Positions 8,412 through 17,837 of a DNA stretch of 64,000 nucleotides are shown one piece after another. A model generated the notes under the pieces. It worked only from the letters and a program-made list of their open reading frames with translations. It was not told the DNA's origin and ran no database searches. Position numbers and translations under genes: made by a program. This stretch comes from a virus (lineage: Duplodnaviria; Heunggongvirae; Uroviricota; Caudoviricetes): IMG/VR virus record IMGVR_UViG_3300035515_000158; one strand, written 5' to 3'. Each line of letters begins with the position of its first letter. The stretch's first letter is position 1.

Positions 8412-10544
8412 ATGTATTTTCCACCAATACTTTATCACTATAATTTGTGTCAACAGTCACAAACTCTGCTACATTGTATTGTACATTAAGCCAATCAGTT
8501 GAACCGAATTTCCGATAATACATAGTTTTCTCAGCATTGTCATAATAATAAGTTACCTCTTTTTTATTATTTGTATCAACTTTTATTAATAAATAATCAC
8601 TATCAATAGTATATACTTCAGAAGTATTATTATTCAATAAAACTCTTGTTTTTGTTCCACCATATGTTCCCTTAGCAATGGTGACATTAGTTATATAATT
8701 TGTAATTGACATTTCTGTTGAGTTAGACAAACCAACATATGATACACCATCCTTAAACTCACAATTTGTAACATAATCAAGTAATACATAGTCACATTCA
8801 CTCCCATTTCCTACAATATTAGGATTTTGTGTGGAAGATGTTATTGTTGAAATAAAACCTTTAACATATCCCAAACAACAATTCAAACAACCATTACCAA
8901 ATACATTATTATCACAATACTTTCCCATTGAATTATAAGAAGATGTATTACCAAATGAATTATTATGACAATATGAAGATAATTGATTATATGATGAATT
9001 ATTACCAAATGTATTGTTGTAACATCCACTATTCATTACATTTTTTATACAATAAATACCAAATGTGTTGTTGTAACTACTACCCTGTAATGTATTTTCT
9101 CGACAATAAGTACCAAATGTATTGTTGTTACCGTTAATGATATTTTTATAACATGATATATCAAAATGATTAAATGAACCTGTGACTTCATTATATGTAC
9201 AATATCCATTAAAATAATTTAATGTAGAAGATTCATTTAAAATATTTCCAATACAACCATTACCAAAATTATTCTGGTGACATTCACGATTTAGGGTATT
9301 AGATTGACAACCTACTCCAAATCTATTTTTAGAACCATATTTTACAATATTTTGTTTACATCCATTATCAAATTGGTTATTAACTCCAATACCTGTACTA
9401 TTATCAATATATACTTCATTTTTTTCACAACAATCTCCAAATGTGTTACAATTACTAGTAACTATATTATTACAACAGTATACACCAAGTGAATTTCGAT
9501 ATCCATATATATTATTTGAAATACATCTATCACCTAATAAATTCGGACCTTGTTTAATATCATTACCTGTACAAAAATTACCAAGTGAAACATTCATACA
9601 ACATAAAGTATTATTACGACAATTATTTTTTAATGTATTATATCTTGTTTGAACTGTTATATATGTATGATAAGTTAATGTATTATTTGAACAAGAACCT
9701 CCAAATGTATTAAGGTCACACATATCTTCAAATGTATTATTCAAACAATAATCACCAAGTTCATTATAATGACAATAATTACCAAATGTATTTCCATAAC
9801 AATTATTTCCAAAATGATTTGATATGTCACAACCTCCAAATATATTATCATGACAATCAATACCAAAACTATTATCACAACAATCATTTCCAAGAATATT
9901 ATTATAACAACCTACATCAAAAAAATTATTCTGACATGATGTTCCACCAATAAATATACAATTTAACCGTTGTTGTTGAGATGATGTAGTAATAATATCA
10001 TCATTTGTAATTGTACTATAAAGTGGTTTTATTACATTATTTTTTATTGTTGAACTAAATTCATCTTCTGTGGTTCCAGTAAATGTAAATTCATCATTTA
10101 TCACAAGACTTTTGAAATCATATGGACAATCATTACCATGTTCATCTATCATTCGATATATAACACCAGTATTAAAGGGATTATCTACCCAGTCAAACCT
10201 TTCAGTATCATTATCTAAACAATACCAAATCTTCCACTTTGAACAATTTTCAATTACCCCCCCCCAATTTCATTTTCATTTTCAATAACTCTACCTTCCT
10301 CAGATAATTGATTTTTACTTATTGCCTCAACAATGACATCAAAACCTAAATACCTTTGTCCTAAATTAATAGGTCCAATTACACTATCATATATAAGAGT
10401 ATTATCCTGTTCCCAGTTTTTATTAAAATCAGTTATTTGGTATTCTTTACCGGGGATTAGTTGGTTTTCATCTCTGAGTTTAACCAATTCATCATACGTG
10501 ATTTTTATAATGTCATGTATCCTTTCTTTATTATATGGTCTCAT
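8410..10544 (-). CDS. Cys/Asn-rich beta-solenoid protein 1, frameshifted at a G9 tract (ORFs 10254-10544 and 8410-10152)
   Basis: The 96-aa ORF matches the paralogue N-termini; the -1 frame after GGG GGG GGG TAA reads VIENCSKWKIWYCLDNDTERFDW...GVIYRMIDEHG and continues into the 580-aa ORF. Confidence 0.85.
10257..10265 (-). repeat. G9 homopolymer (C9 on plus)
   Basis: Nine consecutive C in an AT-rich genome, exactly at the frame break. Confidence 0.95.
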
Positions 10545-10558
10545 TATTATATATTTTA

Positions 10559-12571
10559 TTATATTGTTGTTGTTGTTGTCTTCATATAAGCTATATCTTC
10601 ATTTTCATAATACATTGATATAATCTTTAATTCATTTGGGTCAAATTCTTTATAAAATTGTTGTTCATAATAATTAGGGTCTGGTATGTTAATAATAAGA
10701 TAATCACCGTTTATTGTATATTTTGGTTTACCATCTGTACTATTATAAGTTAGTGTTCCACCATGAATACCTCTATGCACAACAATATTACCAGTGTGTG
10801 TCGCTGGAAAATACAACCCGACATATGATACACCATCTTCAAAACATACATTTGACATATTTGAAAATGTTGTTACTGATACACCTGAACTATATCCTAC
10901 AACATTAGGATTTACACTTCCACTTGATGATGTTGAAGTAACGTAACCTAAACAACAATTAGAACAACCATTACCGAATGTATTATTATAACATTTTGTA
11001 CCAATTCGATTACAATATGATCCATTTCCAAATGTATTATAACAAGAATATGTTCCTCCAATATAATTGTAATAACAGTCATTACCGAATTTATTATATG
11101 TACTATTTTTGTTAATATAATTGTAACAACAACCATTACCGAATTTATTATACGATGAATTTATCAAATTGTTATTACATAATGAACCAAATATATTTCC
11201 ATTACCATATATTTTATTAAGACCACAACCAGTGTTCAAAATATTATAATTGTTTTTACTTGAAGATGTCCCGATAGTATTTGCAGAACTATAATTTTTA
11301 AGTATATTATAATCACCGTATATTGTATTTGCACTAGAACTATTATATAAATAATTTGATTTTCCACTTATAATATTGCTACTACAATTATTATTTAAAA
11401 CATTATAGTTATCGGTAATATTGTTGGACACACCACAATTACCAATTTTATTATAACTTGAACTTATATAATTTCCTGAACAGTTTGAACCAAGTATATT
11501 TTCATCACCATATATTGCATTATTACTACAAATAATGTTCAAAATATTACCATTGTTTTTACTTGAAGATGTCCCGATAGTATTTGTAGAACTATAATTT
11601 TTAAGTATATTATAATCACCGTATATTGTATTTGCAATAGAACCAGTATATAAATAATTTGAATTTCCAGTTATAATATCGTTCATACAATAATTATCTA
11701 AAATATTATAACTTCCAGAGACTCCAATTTGATAACATCTTGACACAAAGACATTAGAGTTTCCTGTTATGGTATTTCTATAACAATAAATACCTAAAGT
11801 ATTATATGAACCAGATATGGTCATAGTTTCATTTGACATTACCCCACAATTATCTCCAAGTACATTTGAATATCCAGTTATGTTAATCCCACCACAATAC
11901 TTACCTATTTTATTTCCATACCCAGAAATCGTTATTCTACAACATCCACTATCAATAAAATTATCATAACTATTTTTGTTAGCAAAACGAAATTGACACA
12001 ATCTTTGTTGTAGTACAGTTTTACTATCATCATTTGTTATAGTTGAATATGTTGGTTTTACAACATTATTATATATTGTTGGATACCAGTTGACTGAGTC
12101 TGTATAATAAAAAACTAGTGCAACATCATCATCATAAGTAAATGCTATATTCCTAAAATCAAAAGGTAAATCATTTCCATATTCATCTATCATTCGATAT
12201 ATGACACCTGCTGGGGAAATAGATGCCCAGTCAAATCTATATTCATCACTATCTAAACAATACCAAATTTTCCAAGCAGAATAATTTATAGATGATGTTG
12301 AAGTTTGTTTTTTCTCAACTCGGGCTTCCTCAGATAATTCATTACAATCAATCGCTTTAACTATTATATCAAATTCAACATCTGAATTACCATAGATGGT
12401 TGTTGATGAAGAAGTTTGATAAAATGTAAAATCTGTTGAATCATAATATCCAAAATTAGTTATTCTATATTCTTTACCGGGGATTAGTTGACTGTTATTT
12501 CTAAGGTTTTTTAATTGTTTATATGTTACTTCTATTATATCATGTATTCTTTCCTCCTTATATTTACTCAT
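10559..12571 (-). CDS. Cys/Asn-rich beta-solenoid protein 2 (putative fibre or receptor-binding protein)
   Basis: 670 aa; conserved N-domain (LIPGKEYRI, WKIWYCLD, GVIYRMIDEYGN) plus 10-11-aa NxxGxxC repeats. Confidence 0.7.
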   Translation of the reverse strand: MSKYKEERIHDIIEVTYKQLKNLRNNSQLIPGKEYRITNFGYYDSTDFTFYQTSSSTTIYGNSDVEFDIIVKAIDCNELSEEARVEKKQTSTSSINYSAWKIWYCLDSDEYRFDWASISPAGVIYRMIDEYGNDLPFDFRNIAFTYDDDVALVFYYTDSVNWYPTIYNNVVKPTYSTITNDDSKTVLQQRLCQFRFANKNSYDNFIDSGCCRITISGYGNKIGKYCGGINITGYSNVLGDNCGVMSNETMTISGSYNTLGIYCYRNTITGNSNVFVSRCYQIGVSGSYNILDNYCMNDIITGNSNYLYTGSIANTIYGDYNILKNYSSTNTIGTSSSKNNGNILNIICSNNAIYGDENILGSNCSGNYISSSYNKIGNCGVSNNITDNYNVLNNNCSSNIISGKSNYLYNSSSANTIYGDYNILKNYSSANTIGTSSSKNNYNILNTGCGLNKIYGNGNIFGSLCNNNLINSSYNKFGNGCCYNYINKNSTYNKFGNDCYYNYIGGTYSCYNTFGNGSYCNRIGTKCYNNTFGNGCSNCCLGYVTSTSSSGSVNPNVVGYSSGVSVTTFSNMSNVCFEDGVSYVGLYFPATHTGNIVVHRGIHGGTLTYNSTDGKPKYTINGDYLIINIPDPNYYEQQFYKEFDPNELKIISMYYENEDIAYMKTTTTTI
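11233..11680 (-). repeat. Internal duplication of about 140 bp with a 303-bp period
   Basis: TGTTCAAAATATT...ACTTGAAGATGTCCCGATAGTATTTG occurs at 11233 and 11536. Confidence 0.85.
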
Positions 12572-12675
12572 ATTTTTGATTTATTATGTATCCATATTTT
12601 TACAGTATTTATATAAAAATTATTACAAAAATTATATGTTTTGTAACATATTTTGAGTAAACATCCGACAAAAAA

Positions 12676-12705
12676 AAAAGGTTTACAGAATTTTGTAAAC
12701 CTTTT
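12676..12705 (-). terminator. Terminator after solenoid gene 3
   Basis: AAAAGGTTTACA/TGTAAACCTTTT stem with a U tract on the minus strand. Confidence 0.75.
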
Positions 12706-12710
12706 AAATT

Positions 12711-15700
12711 TTATTTTGTAGATGTACTTAATGTATTAAGTGTGGTACTATAACCCAGTTTATATACATATTTTGGAGTTGTTGGATCATAAAATACATC
12801 AACAGAAGTACCTCTTGCAATAGAAGATATGAAACTAACTAAATTAAGATGTAGAAAACTTGAATTTAATGTATAGTTAACAATTCCTGAAGAATATTTT
12901 GTTTTTGATCCACCATGAACACCTTGATGTATAACTATACCACTCATATAAGTTGAAGTTGAACCCCCATAAGATCCGAAACCTACATATGACACACCAT
13001 CTTTAAATTCACATTCTGATGTATAATTCCACCAGTTTTTACTTATACCAGAGTTATATCCTGCAACATTAGGATTTGTGACATTAGTACCACTACTAGA
13101 ATTTATAGAACCCAAACAATTATTAACACATCCATTTCCAAATTTATTGTTAAAACAATAATTTCCCATTGAATTATAAGAAGCATTATTACCAAATGAA
13201 TTATAACGATTTATAGTTTCCATATAATTATATACACATTCGTGACCAAATGAATTTCCTTGACAAGAATCACCCATGTAGTTATATTGACAATTACTAC
13301 CATATGAATTATTTTGACAATATTCTCCAAAAACATTATATGAAAAACTATTACCACATATATTATTAGTAAAATATTTACCAAATGTATTCCCTTTACA
13401 TTGATTACCTATAATATTCATGGTAAAATATGATGTTTCTATTTTATTCTGATAAAAATAGTTACCTATAGTGTTTGTATAAAAACTACCATCTTTACAA
13501 CAAGTATTTTCACAACAGTTTGAACCAAACTTATTGGTAAAACTTCCAGCACCAAATGTATTAGAACTACACATTGATTCAAATGAATTACCATAGCAAG
13601 TATCACCAAATGTATTAGAATTACAAGCATTACCAAATGTATTTCCATAACAATTTTTTCCAAAGACATTACTTACACATCTTGAACCTAATGTATTACG
13701 TTGACAGTTTTGATTAAAAAAATTTCCACCACTATTTATACCTATATGATTGTGGTTACACCCACCATATGTTGTAACGTTCGCATTTCCATTATTATAT
13801 CCTAAATTATTAGAATAACAACCATTTTCAAGTGTATTATCACTTCCATTTATATAGTTAGTCCAACAATTTTCACCAAGATGATTATCACAACCTATTA
13901 TATATGCAGTACCAGAATTTGCACCTAAATAATTATTTTTTGAACCAACTGTATTATTATTTGAATCCACATAATTGTACATATAAATCCCACTATTATT
14001 ATTTTCAATTATGTTAAAGTTACACAACGATTCCAATGATATGTTGTAACAATTATTACCAAATTTATTACGAGAACCACCTATCGTGTTTTCACCACTA
14101 CTACCACATGAATTATCAAATGTGTTGTCATCACCAGTAACTGTATTATTGACACAATTATTACCAAATTTATTACGAGAACCACCTATCGTATTCTTTT
14201 TACTACTACTGCCACATGAATTACCAAATAAGTTGTCATTACCAGTAACTGTATTATAACAACAACAATTACCAAATGAGTTTGTACAACCACTAATTGT
14301 ATTATTACTACATTCATTTCCTAATAAATTCCCATACTTACTAACATTATTTGAACGACAATTCTGTCCAAATATATTATCATATGATGAAACAGTATTT
14401 GACACACAAGTATCACCAAATGAATTTCTATAACTTGTTACATTATTACTGGCACACTCATTTCCAAATGAATTGGCATTATTACTAACAGTATTTTGAG
14501 AACAGGCATTTTTAAATGAATTATTTGAACCTGTTATTTCATTTAAATAACAACCATTACCAAATGAATTTTGACTTGAAGTAGAATTTAATTTATTATT
14601 ATAACAATAATTACCAAATGAATTATGACTACCAGTTATAGAATAACTCGATGTTGAACCGGAATAACAAAAATTACCAAATGAGTTATTATTACCAGTA
14701 ACCTTAAGTGTATAACAATAACTCCCAAATGAATTTCTATATCCACTTATGTTTAATGAATAACAACGTTCTCCGATATTATTTAAATAACTACTAGAAC
14801 TTAATGTCAATCCATAACATCCATCACCAATTTTATTTTCATAACAACTACTATTTAATGTAGTGGTTGTTGTTCCATTATAACACATATTACCAAATGA
14901 ATTACCATAACAGTTTGAACTTAGTGTAATATAACCACACTGTATTCCAAATGAATTGAGATATGCACCAGTTAATGTATTATTAAGACATTGATTACCA
15001 AATTCATTACCATATGTAGCATAAGATGAATTAGATTTTAATGTATTATCATGACAACCACTACCAAATTTATTATAGCACACTTGTTTTGCAGTATATC
15101 CATTTATTGATAATGTATTATTATAACAATATGTTCCAAAAGTATTCGCGATACAACTATTTGATAGTGTATTATCATGACAATCATCACCAAAAATATT
15201 ATCAACACAACTATCTCCAAGTGTGTTTGAATAACATGATACTCCAAAACTATTTTTTGAACATCCAGTACCAAGAGTATTATCATGACATAAATTTCCA
15301 AATGAATTGTTATTACAAGATGAACTCAATGTAATATTATAACAGCCAACACCAAATGTATTATTAAAACATTCAGTAGTATCAGTTACTGATTTACCAC
15401 AATTAATATTATAACATCCGGTATCAAAAAAATTACCATGAATATCATCACCATATAAAGATATACAATTCAATCTCTGTTGTGTATTAGATGTCATATC
15501 ATCATTTGTAATTCCACTATATAATGGTTTTATAACATTATTATAAATTGGGCCTTCATTATATGAGTAGAATGTTTGTTTTCCATAATTAAATACCAAA
15601 CTTTTAAAATCATATGGTGCCTCATTACCATATTCATCTATCATTTGATATATAACACCAGTTTTACACATTAGACTTGCCCAGTCGAATCGGAGAGCAT

Positions 15701-16043
15701 CATTATCTAAACAAAATCTAAGTTTCCAAGCATCATAATCTGCATCAAGAACATCTTCACAACCAGACTTAACACACGCTCTGGCTTCTTCTGATAATGT
15801 ATCTGTGGAAATTGCATGGACTATAACATTAAATGGTGTTGTTATCCAATTCGTAGTTAATGTATTACTACTACCTAGAATACTATCTTTCCATACATAT
15901 GACTGACCTGTATTCTTATACCCAAAATCGGATATAATATAATCTTTACCTTGGATGAGTTTACCTTCATCCCTAAGTGTTACCAATTCGGAGTATGTCA
16001 CTTTTAATTTATCATGAATACTCCCTTCTAAATATTTCCCCAT
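12711..16043 (-). CDS. Cys/Asn-rich beta-solenoid protein 3
   Basis: 1110 aa; same N-domain and C-cap (CEFKDGVSYVG, GVHGG); dozens of NSFGNxCxxN repeats; internal 105-bp duplication near 14050-14260. Confidence 0.7.
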   Translation of the reverse strand: MGKYLEGSIHDKLKVTYSELVTLRDEGKLIQGKDYIISDFGYKNTGQSYVWKDSILGSSNTLTTNWITTPFNVIVHAISTDTLSEEARACVKSGCEDVLDADYDAWKLRFCLDNDALRFDWASLMCKTGVIYQMIDEYGNEAPYDFKSLVFNYGKQTFYSYNEGPIYNNVIKPLYSGITNDDMTSNTQQRLNCISLYGDDIHGNFFDTGCYNINCGKSVTDTTECFNNTFGVGCYNITLSSSCNNNSFGNLCHDNTLGTGCSKNSFGVSCYSNTLGDSCVDNIFGDDCHDNTLSNSCIANTFGTYCYNNTLSINGYTAKQVCYNKFGSGCHDNTLKSNSSYATYGNEFGNQCLNNTLTGAYLNSFGIQCGYITLSSNCYGNSFGNMCYNGTTTTTLNSSCYENKIGDGCYGLTLSSSSYLNNIGERCYSLNISGYRNSFGSYCYTLKVTGNNNSFGNFCYSGSTSSYSITGSHNSFGNYCYNNKLNSTSSQNSFGNGCYLNEITGSNNSFKNACSQNTVSNNANSFGNECASNNVTSYRNSFGDTCVSNTVSSYDNIFGQNCRSNNVSKYGNLLGNECSNNTISGCTNSFGNCCCYNTVTGNDNLFGNSCGSSSKKNTIGGSRNKFGNNCVNNTVTGDDNTFDNSCGSSGENTIGGSRNKFGNNCYNISLESLCNFNIIENNNSGIYMYNYVDSNNNTVGSKNNYLGANSGTAYIIGCDNHLGENCWTNYINGSDNTLENGCYSNNLGYNNGNANVTTYGGCNHNHIGINSGGNFFNQNCQRNTLGSRCVSNVFGKNCYGNTFGNACNSNTFGDTCYGNSFESMCSSNTFGAGSFTNKFGSNCCENTCCKDGSFYTNTIGNYFYQNKIETSYFTMNIIGNQCKGNTFGKYFTNNICGNSFSYNVFGEYCQNNSYGSNCQYNYMGDSCQGNSFGHECVYNYMETINRYNSFGNNASYNSMGNYCFNNKFGNGCVNNCLGSINSSSGTNVTNPNVAGYNSGISKNWWNYTSECEFKDGVSYVGFGSYGGSTSTYMSGIVIHQGVHGGSKTKYSSGIVNYTLNSSFLHLNLVSFISSIARGTSVDVFYDPTTPKYVYKLGYSTTLNTLSTSTK

Positions 16044-16100
16044 ATTTTAATTAAATTTATATTTTATTATATGGGGAATATATAAAAAAATTCCCCACAT
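16036..16100 (-). promoter_or_regulatory. Alternative hairpins overlapping the start codon (putative translational switch)
   Basis: Segment 16069-16078 is complementary to both 16036-16045 (which contains the ATG) and 16091-16100. Confidence 0.55.
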
Positions 16101-16140
16101 TATCATGTAAAATTTTGATTTTACTTTTACATAAATAACT

Positions 16141-16335
16141 TAGGGAAATAATAAAGTGACTTCATGTGTGGTTCTCAACATATGAAGAAAGGTCTTTTAA
16201 TGGCTTATAGACCTTTGAGGGTGTGATAAAGTCTGGTAAACTTTATGACATTAAACCATAGGAAATTTGATTATTTTCTATTTTCCTTTCACATATTGAA
16301 GGAGGTCTATGTTCGATGCATAGTCCTCTTTTTTT
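16141..16335 (+). ncRNA. Candidate structured non-coding RNA (about 190 nt)
   Basis: CATAAATA at 16130-16137, four consecutive hairpins and a terminator stem with a T run at 16302-16335; no credible ORF. Confidence 0.55.
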
Positions 16336-16383
16336 ATATTTATGGTAAACTTCATAAATACTATATAATTGACAAAATCTAAA

Positions 16384-16887
16384 ATGATTAAAATAAGAAA
16401 ATTCTCTGAGTTTATAAATGAAGCTAAGTCGGTTCAAGAGATTGTAAAAGATTTAGCACGACATTTATCATTTGACAAGGATGTTATAAAATATCTTAAC
16501 ACATCCAGAAGTAAACGTGAGATTGGTTGGAGAGAGTTATTACAATCAAAGTTACATGGTGATAATTTAGAGTATGTCACTTATATCACCAAGAACATGG
16601 TTGCTGACTATAACCCACAAATTACAGGTCCGGTTTCATTCAAAAGTAATGGTGAAGAAGATTTTGATAATACGACTGTTGTGGATACTTCAAGATTCAA
16701 TGAAATGGATCCTGATGAAAAGATTGATGACTTAAACCGTCGACTTACAGGTGTTGAAAATGTATTAGGTATTGACCCTGATGATGAAGATACATTAGAC
16801 AAAGCCATGAAAATATCTAAAGACCTCGGATTTGAAACAATAGAAGATGAGGATGATGAAGATGATGAAAAAGAAGAAGAAGAATAA
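16384..16887 (+). CDS. Hypothetical acidic protein, putative head-internal protein
   Basis: ATG at 16384; N-terminal IRKFSEFINEA resembles the T4 capsid-targeting/protease-cleavage leader; late promoter. Confidence 0.55.
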   Translation: MIKIRKFSEFINEAKSVQEIVKDLARHLSFDKDVIKYLNTSRSKREIGWRELLQSKLHGDNLEYVTYITKNMVADYNPQITGPVSFKSNGEEDFDNTTVVDTSRFNEMDPDEKIDDLNRRLTGVENVLGIDPDDEDTLDKAMKISKDLGFETIEDEDDEDDEKEEEE

Positions 16888-17799
16888 ATGTCAGACTATA
16901 ACCAAAAATATAATAAAGATGATGTCTTTATCAGAAACATGATAGTGTGTTTACTTGCTGAGTTAAACAAGAAGATATATTATTATAATCGAATAGATAA
17001 TGACACTGTTGAAAAGGTAGATGTTCCATGTCTATATTCAATTACAGGTGCTGAGAGATTTCTAAAAGATGAATTTTACTATGATGCACTTAAAATGGGT
17101 AAGGCATATGGTGATTATGAAAAGGTTCCGAGATGTATGGTAAATTTAACGGGACTAAGTATAAACACTGGTGAACAGACCAATAAATATAATCGCACGA
17201 AAATAGTTAGAAGTGTTAGGAACAAGTTGAGGACTTTGTATCTCAATGTTGATTTTATACCCGTTACCCTAAGTTTTGAATGTAAGGTAATCTGTGCTAA
17301 CAATATTGAATTATTTAAGTTATCTGAGTGTATTATTTCAAAGATATATAAGAACCCCAATTTTTTCAAGGTAGATTTTGGGATGTTTAATGTGGATGCA
17401 TCTTTATCTGTTCCCGCTGATTACACACATGAATTACCACAAGAATTTGGTTTTAGTGATAAGAAGGAATTTTCAACATCATTTTCAGTTGAGATGAAAT
17501 CATTTCTCCCTGCTTTTGAATGGGGATTATTGATGTGTGAGATTGATGAGATGTTAGAAAAAATACCTGATGATTATTCTGGTATTGTTGAATTTAGACC
17601 TAATGAATATGGTGAGATGGAAATGAGATGTGGCGGTGTATTTGAAACATTTAGAATTTCACAGTATCATTCTACTATAAATGATGCGACATTAAAATCT
17701 AACACCCACAAATCACCAATGTTAGCAAGAACTCCGGATGAATTGAAAAAGAAAGATGATGAAGAGATTCTAATGGACAGAAAATATGTGACTAAGTAA
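16888..17799 (+). CDS. Tail sheath stabiliser/terminator, gp15-like
   Basis: VDVPCLY..ERF, VPRCMVNL, IPVTLSFECKV pattern of the gp15 family. Confidence 0.6.
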   Translation: MSDYNQKYNKDDVFIRNMIVCLLAELNKKIYYYNRIDNDTVEKVDVPCLYSITGAERFLKDEFYYDALKMGKAYGDYEKVPRCMVNLTGLSINTGEQTNKYNRTKIVRSVRNKLRTLYLNVDFIPVTLSFECKVICANNIELFKLSECIISKIYKNPNFFKVDFGMFNVDASLSVPADYTHELPQEFGFSDKKEFSTSFSVEMKSFLPAFEWGLLMCEIDEMLEKIPDDYSGIVEFRPNEYGEMEMRCGGVFETFRISQYHSTINDATLKSNTHKSPMLARTPDELKKKDDEEILMDRKYVTK

Positions 17800-17837
17800 G
17801 TTTCACATAAATATCTTAACATGAGAGAAATAAACAA

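Noticed and set aside
11233-11680. Diversity-generating retroelement template/variable repeat pair in the Asn-rich genes
   Set aside because: Both copies are in-frame coding, the differences are not confined to adenines (e.g. TAT vs GGT), and no reverse transcriptase is present in the window.
16290-16335. tRNA or tmRNA (T-arm-like CTATG-TTCGATG-CATAG)
   Set aside because: No convincing acceptor stem, D or anticodon arm, or CCA; the stem extends locally into a terminator.
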